From Caballeronia sp. (lineage in GTDB: Bacteria; Pseudomonadota; Gammaproteobacteria; Burkholderiales; Burkholderiaceae): DNA of 47,374 nt. The translations under genes and the position numbers were made by a program. Shown here one piece after another: positions 40,251 to 47,374 of the stretch (position 1 is the stretch's first letter; every line of letters starts with the position of its first letter). Location of the stretch: the NCBI RefSeq assembly GCF_049581465.1, contig NZ_JBAUSA010000126.1:1-47374 (forward strand). The letters run 5' to 3'. The notes beneath the pieces were generated by a model. That model was not told the DNA's origin. It saw only the letters and a program-made list of their open reading frames with translations, and searched no databases.

Positions 40251-41255
40251 TCAAGCCGACTGTCGGCGCTCGTAACTCGGCGCATGGCCGAATTGCGCGC
40301 GATATGCCTTGCTGAAATGACACGGCGAGTGAAAGCCGCAGACGGCGGTCACGCGCGAGATCGATGCATCGGAATTGCGCAGCAACTCACGCGCGCGACG
40401 CAGTCGCAGCGTGAGGTAATAGTGCGTGGGCGACACATTCAGGAACATCTTGAACATGCGCTGCAAATGACGCTGGGAGAGCTTGACCAGGCGCGCGAGT
40501 TCTTCAAGCGACAATGGCTCTTCAATATTCGCTTCCATCAACCGCACCACTTCGATCAACTCGGCGCGCGTAAAGCCGACACGGGCATCGACGGGAATGT
40601 GCTGGTAATCGGTCGAACCGCGAATCCGCTCGACAATGAACTGCTCCGACACCTGGGCCGCATGCGCCTGCCCGAGCCGCATGCCGACCAGGTTCAACAT
40701 CAAATCAAGCGGCGCAGTGCCACCGGTACACGTCACGCGATCCCGGTCGATCACGAACAGTTCATCGGCGAACTGGACGTCCGGAAAGCGCTTGTGCAAC
40801 GGCGACATGTCTTCCCAGTGAATCGTCGCACGATAACCATCGAGCAAGTTCGCCGCGAGCAGCGCATACGGGCCGGTGCAAATGCCGCCGAGCGGCACGC
40901 CCAGCGACGCCACATGTTGCAGCAACGCGATCACTTCCTCGTTCACGTATTCGCGCACATGCCAGCCCGCGCACACGATCAGCGCGTCGGGCATGCCAGC
41001 TTCGGCGAGCGTGCGCGTCGGCTTCACGGTGATGCCGTTGCTCGCCCGCGCCGGTTCACCGTCAGGCGTGATGACCGACCACGTGTAATGCTCCGCGCGG
41101 CCGACGTAATTCGCCATGCGCAGCACTTCGACCGCGCTGGTGAACGCGATCATCGAGAAGTTGGGCAAGGTCAGGAACCCGAAGTGCGCGAGCTTCGACA
41201 ACGGCGAGCCGTCGCCGGGCGGGCTCGCGAACGGCGCAATCGCGTCACGCTTCAT
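40251..41255 (-). CDS. gbdR: GATase1-AraC regulator, GbdR paralog 2
   Basis: Clear paralog of 10894-11889 (PNFSMIAFTSAVEVLRMAN, PTHYYLTLRLRRARELL). Confidence 0.85.
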   Translation of the reverse strand: MKRDAIAPFASPPGDGSPLSKLAHFGFLTLPNFSMIAFTSAVEVLRMANYVGRAEHYTWSVITPDGEPARASNGITVKPTRTLAEAGMPDALIVCAGWHVREYVNEEVIALLQHVASLGVPLGGICTGPYALLAANLLDGYRATIHWEDMSPLHKRFPDVQFADELFVIDRDRVTCTGGTAPLDLMLNLVGMRLGQAHAAQVSEQFIVERIRGSTDYQHIPVDARVGFTRAELIEVVRLMEANIEEPLSLEELARLVKLSQRHLQRMFKMFLNVSPTHYYLTLRLRRARELLRNSDASISRVTAVCGFHSPCHFSKAYRAQFGHAPSYERRQSA

Positions 41256-41274
41256 GGGCGGCTCGTCCTCTCGT

Positions 41275-42177
41275 TCAGCTTTGTTGCGCGGCCGGCGCGC
41301 GCCGGACCCGCATGACGCTGCGAAGACCTGACAGAAGCGGCGCGCGGGCCATTCCCGGAGACCGGCCGAAGCTTTCCGTGATGCGGTCCAGGATGATCGC
41401 GAGCAACACTACCGACAAGCCGCTTTCAAAGCCAAGGCCAATATCGAGCCGCTGGATACTCGCCAGCACGTCGTTGCCGAGGCCGCCCGCGCCGACCATC
41501 GAAGCGATGATGACCATGGACAGCGCCATCATGATGGTCTGGTTGACGCCGGTCATGATGGAAGGCAGCGCATTCGGGAACTGGACCTTATAGAGCAATT
41601 GCCACGGCGTGCAACCGAACGCCTGGCCTGCTTCGACGATCTCGCGGTTCACATGCTTGATACCCAGCGACGTAAGGCGCACGGCCGGCGGCATTGCGAA
41701 GATCACCGTCGACAAGATGCCGGGCACGCGGCCGAGGCCGAACAACATGGCGGCCGGGATCAGGTACACGAAGGCCGGCATGGTCTGCATCAGGTCGAGT
41801 ACCGGACGCACCATGGTTTCGATCGTCTTGCTTTTCGCCGTCCAGATGCCGAGCGGAATGCCGAGCAACAAGCTGATCAACGTCGACGACAACGTCAGGC
41901 CGAGCGTGATGATCATCTGGTCCCAGAAGCCGGTGGTGTAGATCAGCAGCATAGAGAGTAGTACGAACAGCGAGAAACGCCAGCCGACGCGCCACAAGCC
42001 AATGCCGACGAAGATGGCCATCATCAGCCACATGGGAATGGCTTGCAGGCCGTGCTCGACCATCGCGGCAAAACTCTCGATGACGCGGCCGATAGCGTCG
42101 AACGTTGCCGCGTCGTGGTCGAGCAGGTATTTGACGCCGTGGTCGACCCAGGTTCCGAGTGGGATCAGTTCAGACAT
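41275..42177 (-). CDS. choW: Choline/betaine ABC transporter permease
   Basis: ProW-type LDLMQTMPAFVYLIP, EAA motif EAGQAFG, GVNQTIMMALSMV. Confidence 0.92.
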   Translation of the reverse strand: MSELIPLGTWVDHGVKYLLDHDAATFDAIGRVIESFAAMVEHGLQAIPMWLMMAIFVGIGLWRVGWRFSLFVLLSMLLIYTTGFWDQMIITLGLTLSSTLISLLLGIPLGIWTAKSKTIETMVRPVLDLMQTMPAFVYLIPAAMLFGLGRVPGILSTVIFAMPPAVRLTSLGIKHVNREIVEAGQAFGCTPWQLLYKVQFPNALPSIMTGVNQTIMMALSMVIIASMVGAGGLGNDVLASIQRLDIGLGFESGLSVVLLAIILDRITESFGRSPGMARAPLLSGLRSVMRVRRAPAAQQS

Positions 42178-43348
42178 GGGAACCTCGATGGCGAGTCAGA
42201 GCTTTGAGAACGTTCGTCTTGTTGACCGAACCACAATAGGAGCCGTCCGCCTCGACGACCGGCAGCGGAGCGCGGCTTGCCACCACCCGCGAGACCACAT
42301 CGTCGAGCGGCGTAGAGCGTTGAATGCATTCGATGTGATTGAGGTGCGGCGACGCCTGGCCGATCGCATCGCGGCAAACGAAGCCGCGAATCTTGCGCTC
42401 GTTGTCCATCACGAACGCGTAGTCGGCGCTGCCGTTGAGCGTCTGCGCCACGCTCGATGCATCGATGGTCGAGCCGTGTTTCATCAGCGGCACCGCGTCG
42501 GTTTGCATCAGGTCGCCCGCTGTCAGGTAACGGCTGGTGTCGATCCCGTCGAAGAATGCGCGTACATAGTCATCGGCCGGATTCGCGATGATTTCCTGCG
42601 GCGTGCCGATCTGCACCACCCGGCCGCCTTCCATGATCGCGATGCGCGTGCCAATGCGCATCGCCTCTTCCAGATCGTGCGACACGAACATGATCGTGCG
42701 GCGTTGTTCGCGCTGCAGGTCGAGCAGTACGTCCTGCATTTCCTTGCGCTTTAACGGATCGAGCGCGGAAAACGCTTCGTCCATGATCATCAGCGACGGG
42801 TTCACGGCGAGCGCCCGCGCGAGGCCGACGCGCTGCTGCATCCCCCCCGACAACTGCGCCGGCAACTTCTGCGCAAACGGCGCGAGCCCGACTTGCTCCA
42901 GCACGGCCATTGCGCGCTTTTCGCGGTCCTTGCGCCCGATGCCCGCGACTTCCAGCCCGAACGCCGCGTTCGCCAGCACCGTGCGTTGCGGCATCAGCGC
43001 AAACGACTGGAACACCATGCTCATGTCCTTGCGGCGCAGCGCGATGAGTTCCGAGTGCCGCATGGAGGCTACGTCGCGGCCGTCGATCAGCACCTTCCCC
43101 GCCGACGGTTCGACCAGCCGGTTGACTAGCCGAATGAGCGTCGACTTGCCGGAACCGGACAAGCCCATCAGGACGAAAATCTCGCCCTCCTGCACGTCGA
43201 ACGATACGTTATGGACGCCGACGATCTGGCCAGTTCGGGAAAACACTTCTTCTTTCGTGGCACCGCCGGCAAGCATGTCGATCGCCTGCTTCGGGTTTGT
43301 GCCGAAAACCTTGCATAGGTTTTCGACCACCACCTTGGGGGAATTCAT
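42170..43348 (-). CDS. choV: Choline/betaine ABC transporter ATPase
   Basis: GLSGSGKS, LSGGMQQRVGLAR, DEAFSALDP, C-terminal CBS-like region. Start moved to ATG 43348 behind GGAG. Confidence 0.92.
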   Translation of the reverse strand: MNSPKVVVENLCKVFGTNPKQAIDMLAGGATKEEVFSRTGQIVGVHNVSFDVQEGEIFVLMGLSGSGKSTLIRLVNRLVEPSAGKVLIDGRDVASMRHSELIALRRKDMSMVFQSFALMPQRTVLANAAFGLEVAGIGRKDREKRAMAVLEQVGLAPFAQKLPAQLSGGMQQRVGLARALAVNPSLMIMDEAFSALDPLKRKEMQDVLLDLQREQRRTIMFVSHDLEEAMRIGTRIAIMEGGRVVQIGTPQEIIANPADDYVRAFFDGIDTSRYLTAGDLMQTDAVPLMKHGSTIDASSVAQTLNGSADYAFVMDNERKIRGFVCRDAIGQASPHLNHIECIQRSTPLDDVVSRVVASRAPLPVVEADGSYCGSVNKTNVLKALTRHRGSHV

Positions 43349-43415
43349 CGAGCGCTCTCCTGGTTGGCGGACATGCATCCGCGCGATGCCTACATAGTTG
43401 CTAGAAAAAAGTGCG

Positions 43416-43457
43416 GGTTGCCGACTATTTCCGACAGTCACATGTGGAAATACGACA
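43416..43457 (-). promoter_or_regulatory. Putative GbdR-type tandem box upstream of choV
   Basis: Minus strand TGTCGTATTTCCACATGTGAC-TGTCGGAAATAG, half-sites 21 bp apart. Confidence 0.55.
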
Positions 43458-43698
43458 CCGGATTTTGCTTTTTTCGCGAGGAAATATGGCAGATCCTTGT
43501 GGGACAAGGGTTTGCGAGCCGAAAATTTGTGAAATTATGTCATTCTCGTTTGTCGCGCCAGTGCAAGTGCGGGCGGATTTTTATAGGTTATGGACGGTGC
43601 GGTGAGCTTGATCCGGTCGGCTCCTTGATATTTTCGTCACGATGACCTCGTAAACGGTCGCTTCAAACCGTTGTGCGGATCGGCGCGGCGAACTTCCA

Positions 43699-44163
43699 CT
43701 AGAGCAACGGATATCCCGTGTCCCGCTTAATTTCCCGCAACGACAGCATCGATTCGATCGATGTCACACCCGGAAGCGCGCGCAATACATCGCGCATGAA
43801 AAGGCCATATTCGTCGAGATCGCGCGCGGCAACCTGAAGCAGATAATCTGCGCTGCCGGAAATGTTGTGACACGAGATGATTCGCGAGATGCCCTGGATT
43901 TCGCGCTCGAAACGGTCCGACATCGACCGGTCATGAATGTTGAACCGAACCTGCGCGAACGCGACAACGCCGAGATCGAGGGCCTTGCGCGAGAGCACCG
44001 CCCGATACCCCTCCACAAATCCGTCCTTCTCAAGCCGCTTCAGGCGCCGCGCACAGGGCGTCTCGCTCAAGCCGACGCGCTCCGCGAGCTTGGCGATCGC
44101 GATGCGCCCGTCCTGCTGGATAACGGCCAGTATTGCGTGATCAATCTTGTCCAGATCGCCCAT
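43699..44163 (-). CDS. Lrp/AsnC family regulator
   Basis: LDKIDHAIL..DGR, LAERVGLSETPCARRLKRLE, SGSADYLL. Confidence 0.93.
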   Translation of the reverse strand: MGDLDKIDHAILAVIQQDGRIAIAKLAERVGLSETPCARRLKRLEKDGFVEGYRAVLSRKALDLGVVAFAQVRFNIHDRSMSDRFEREIQGISRIISCHNISGSADYLLQVAARDLDEYGLFMRDVLRALPGVTSIESMLSLREIKRDTGYPLL

Positions 44164-44292
44164 GGCGTATTCTCATTCTAAAAGTACCTATTTTAGCGGT
44201 TTCCTTCAACTGAGAACCAATTCATAGCTCACAAAGCTAGGTAACGCTCATCGATAACGATGAACATGGAGCCATCGAAACGGAGGTTCATC

Positions 44293-44922
44293 ATGGTGTC
44301 GCTGCAATTGCTGCTCGTGTTTATCGGCGCCCTCGCCGTCGTCTACGCATTGCCGGGTCCCGACATGGCGCTCATCCTGCAGACGAGTTCATCGCGTGGC
44401 ATCAAGCACGGCCTCTCGACCGCCGCGGGACTCGCGGTTGCCCGTACGATGCACGTCTTGCTGTCGGCGCTGGGAGTCGCCGCCTTGCTGCGCAGCGCCC
44501 CGTGGCTGTTTGAAGGCGTGCGAATCGTCGGCGCGCTGTACCTCGCCTACATCGCGATCCAGATCTTTCGATCACCGGCGTTTGGTCTCGGCGATTCCGG
44601 CGCCACGTCGAAGGCACCCTCGACACTGCGATCTTCAATATCGAAAGGAATGCTAAGCAGTCTGCTTAATCCCAAGGCGCTGCTGTTCTGTTCGGTCTTG
44701 TTGCCGCAATTCGTCCATCCGGAGGCAGGTGCAGCCTGGTCGCAGGTAGTGGAGCTGGGCGTGGTGCTGGTCGCAATCGGTTTAGCGTTCGACGTGACAC
44801 TCGCACTCGCCGCCGTACGCATTGCAAGCTGGTTGCGTGGCCACCCGCGCGCGCAGACGGTACAGCGATGGACGTTTTCGGCAGCACTACTGGCTTTCGC
44901 GTTGAGGCTGTCGATAGAGTAG
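44293..44922 (+). CDS. LysE/RhtB family amino-acid exporter
   Basis: PGPD, GALYLAY and LNPKALLF motifs. Start moved to ATG 44293 behind GGAGG; divergent from Lrp. Confidence 0.92.
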   Translation: MVSLQLLLVFIGALAVVYALPGPDMALILQTSSSRGIKHGLSTAAGLAVARTMHVLLSALGVAALLRSAPWLFEGVRIVGALYLAYIAIQIFRSPAFGLGDSGATSKAPSTLRSSISKGMLSSLLNPKALLFCSVLLPQFVHPEAGAAWSQVVELGVVLVAIGLAFDVTLALAAVRIASWLRGHPRAQTVQRWTFSAALLAFALRLSIE

Positions 44923-44944
44923 GCGGCATGCCGCCGCCGCCGAG

Positions 44945-47350
44945 TCAAGACATTGAATCGCGTCGGCCGTCGCCGGCTTCAATCGAGGTGGGTCCCGGCT
45001 TCACCCCGCCATCGGGCGACATCATGCGTTCAATCGCCGCAGCGCTCACGCCTGGGCTGTATAGAAAGCCCTGCCCGTACACGCACCCATGCTCGACCAG
45101 GAAGTCTCGATGAGCTTCGTACTCGACCCCTTCCGCGATGAGGTCGAACTTGAGTGCTTTAGCGATCGCCACCACGGCGAGCGCGAGCGCTTCAAAGTCG
45201 GCGTCCCGGCCGATCTCCTGCACAAAAGCGCGGTCGATCTTGATCCGGTCGATTGAAAATCGCTTGAGGTAACTCAAGCTGGAATACCCGGTTCCGAAAT
45301 CGTCGATGGCTATCTTGACCCCTAGCTCGCGAAGCGCTCGCAGCACACCGGCGACTTCGTCGACATTGCGCATCAGTGCGCCTTCCGTGACTTCCAGCTC
45401 AAGCTGCTCCGCCGGCCAGTCCGCCTCTTTCAACGCGGAAGCAACGACGGACAGCAAGTCGGAGCGTTCGAGTTGACGTGGGGAAACATTCACCGACATG
45501 CGAATAGTCGGCAAACCGAGGTCTTGCCATGCCTTTGCTTGACGGCACGCAGTACGCAGCACGAACTCGCCGATACCAAGAATCAAGCCAGTCTCTTCCG
45601 CTATCGGAATGAAAACAGCGGGAGAGACCGGTCCCAGCAGTTCGTCAGTCCATCTAAGCAGTGCTTCCACGCCGACCATTTCGCCGCTCAACATATTGAA
45701 CTGCGGTTGATAGACGATACTCAACGCGTTGGACTTGAGCGCTCGCCGCAGCCGCATCGACAGGTTCAATCGTTGCGCGGCCGCCTCGTTAAGTTCCGGG
45801 CGATAAAACTGGTATTGGTTGCGTCCCCGCGATTTGGCGAAGTACATCGCCGCGTCGGCGTTCCTGATGAGCATGTCGGAATCAGCCGCGTCACGCGGAT
45901 AACTACTGATGCCAATGCTCGATTCAACGTAGAGCTCCTGCTGCCCGACATACAGCGGTTCCGTCATGACCGCGATGAGGCGTTCGAGTATGGAATCAAG
46001 CTGGGTTTCACGTGACCGTTCCGCGACGATGATGAATTCGTCGCCCCCGTAGCGCGCAACCATGTCCCCCGGCTCGACCGCCGCCGTCAAGCGTGTCGCC
46101 ATTTGCGCCAGCAACGTATCGCCGACTCGATGACCCAATGAGTCGTTCACCTCCTTGAACCGGTCGAGATCGAGGAACAGGACCGAAACATTGCCGCCGT
46201 CAGCGGAAGCACGAAGAATCGCACCGGCAATGTGCTCGTCGAGAAGGACGCGATTGGGGAGCTGGGTCAGCGCGTCATATCGCGCCTGACGCTCGAGTTC
46301 CGCCTGATATTGAAGACGCTCTGTCACGTCCACCATCACGCTCATCGTGGCCGGCCGGCCGTCGTACTCCACGCTACGGTGGTACGCGTGGATCGCCCGG
46401 CTTTCACCGTCTCGCGTGCGATACGTCCACACGCCAAGCGATCGTGTGTGGCCGCCGCCCGGCTGATTCGAAAGTGCTTCACGCAATCGTGTCCGATTCT
46501 CCCGGGGATGCATGTCATAGAGTGACATTTCGCGGAGCTCGGCCTCGGAGTAACCGTATGCGCGCGGCGCCGCGTGATTCACCGCGACAAAGGCGAACGT
46601 GCTGTCGTCGAAAATCCAGATCGGCAGCGGATGTTCTTCGAAGAAACGCCGGTATTGCGCGCCCGCAGCGTCCGCGCTTACCAAGGCCGCTCGAAGCTTC
46701 CGGGCAATTCGCGCGTTGCCCAGCATGAGCCACAAAAGAAGCACCGCGGCTGTCAGGCCGGAGGCCAGGAGCGCGGACGACACCCACTTGGCATCGGACG
46801 ACGCTCGGCTGACCGCTTCGTCCACCGAAGTGTCCACGGCCATCCGAACCTCGACGACGTTGGCGAGCACGCCATAGAACAGTGCGTCGATTTCACTCAG
46901 CAGTGGATCGCCCAGACGGACACTGCCCGGCTTCTTCGAGACCCGTTGAACGAGTTCCTGGGTGCGGTTTTCTAATTTTTGACTGGCCTCGTCGAGGTCG
47001 TCCATCCGCGAAATGCATTCGGCGTTCGATCGACATTGCGTGCGCGCGTCGCCGGTCAGATCAAGCAGCGCGCGCAGCGGAAACTCAAACGCGTTATGTA
47101 CGTAATACGCCTTCGTTCCAACCAGGATGTAGACCTGATCGTGCGTTTCCAGCATGAATTGTTGCAGCTGGTCGAGGTCACCCTTTAGACGGTTGGACGC
47201 CCGCAACGCCTGCAAAGAGGTGTTCTCTTCATGTGCCTCTCGCGTGGCCAGCACGGTATTGAAGGCGATCGCGACGAGGATCGCAAGTACAGCGACGCCC
47301 GTCAACGCCACCCGCATAGCGCGAGAGCTTGCCCCGGTGCCGTCTTGCAC
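44945..47350 (-). CDS. Membrane-anchored PAS-GGDEF-EAL c-di-GMP enzyme
   Basis: Two TMs around a periplasmic domain, PAS (YGYSEAE), YDALTQLPNR, RYGGDEF, EALLRW, DDFGTGYSSL. Start lies near the window edge and is uncertain. Confidence 0.92.
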   Translation of the reverse strand: MQDGTGASSRAMRVALTGVAVLAILVAIAFNTVLATREAHEENTSLQALRASNRLKGDLDQLQQFMLETHDQVYILVGTKAYYVHNAFEFPLRALLDLTGDARTQCRSNAECISRMDDLDEASQKLENRTQELVQRVSKKPGSVRLGDPLLSEIDALFYGVLANVVEVRMAVDTSVDEAVSRASSDAKWVSSALLASGLTAAVLLLWLMLGNARIARKLRAALVSADAAGAQYRRFFEEHPLPIWIFDDSTFAFVAVNHAAPRAYGYSEAELREMSLYDMHPRENRTRLREALSNQPGGGHTRSLGVWTYRTRDGESRAIHAYHRSVEYDGRPATMSVMVDVTERLQYQAELERQARYDALTQLPNRVLLDEHIAGAILRASADGGNVSVLFLDLDRFKEVNDSLGHRVGDTLLAQMATRLTAAVEPGDMVARYGGDEFIIVAERSRETQLDSILERLIAVMTEPLYVGQQELYVESSIGISSYPRDAADSDMLIRNADAAMYFAKSRGRNQYQFYRPELNEAAAQRLNLSMRLRRALKSNALSIVYQPQFNMLSGEMVGVEALLRWTDELLGPVSPAVFIPIAEETGLILGIGEFVLRTACRQAKAWQDLGLPTIRMSVNVSPRQLERSDLLSVVASALKEADWPAEQLELEVTEGALMRNVDEVAGVLRALRELGVKIAIDDFGTGYSSLSYLKRFSIDRIKIDRAFVQEIGRDADFEALALAVVAIAKALKFDLIAEGVEYEAHRDFLVEHGCVYGQGFLYSPGVSAAAIERMMSPDGGVKPGPTSIEAGDGRRDSMS

Positions 47351-47374
47351 CGTCTCCGACTCCGACTGTCCAAC

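Noticed and set aside
43349..43507. Long N-terminal extensions in the ORF track (choV, betA, gbdR, etfB, M19-like, fdhA, V4R)
   Set aside because: They overlap promoters or upstream genes; downstream starts have clear RBS and match family N-termini

Overview
High-GC Burkholderiaceae-like chromosomal segment (genus-level identity is inference). Most of it is a nearly complete choline -> glycine betaine -> dimethylglycine -> sarcosine -> glycine/serine -> pyruvate catabolic supercluster: gbcA, etfBA, dgcBA, V4R and M19-like accessory genes, glyA, fdhA, betIBA, folB, soxBDAG, sdaA, choVWX and three GATase1-AraC regulators. It is interrupted between betA and folB by a 9-gene Wzy-dependent pyruvylated exopolysaccharide operon. 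An Lrp/LysE pair and a membrane PAS-GGDEF-EAL gene end the window. The signals least explained by gene annotation are non-coding. (1) Three copies of a ~320-bp structured repeat (1-208 partial, 38295-38619, 38877-39201); the last two form a ~900-bp inverted doublet. (2) A strand-asymmetric loss of C and gain of T/G that flips at each repeat core and extends into third codon positions of all three flanking genes. (3) A 44-aa signal-peptide plus His/Lys-rich micropeptide gene with its own terminator. (4) 21-bp-period tandem YGTCG boxes in four promoters and a sigma-54 promoter for gbdR. No rRNA, tRNA, CRISPR array, integrase or transposase was seen. Several starts were moved from the ORF track to RBS-supported codons. 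All counts are by hand.
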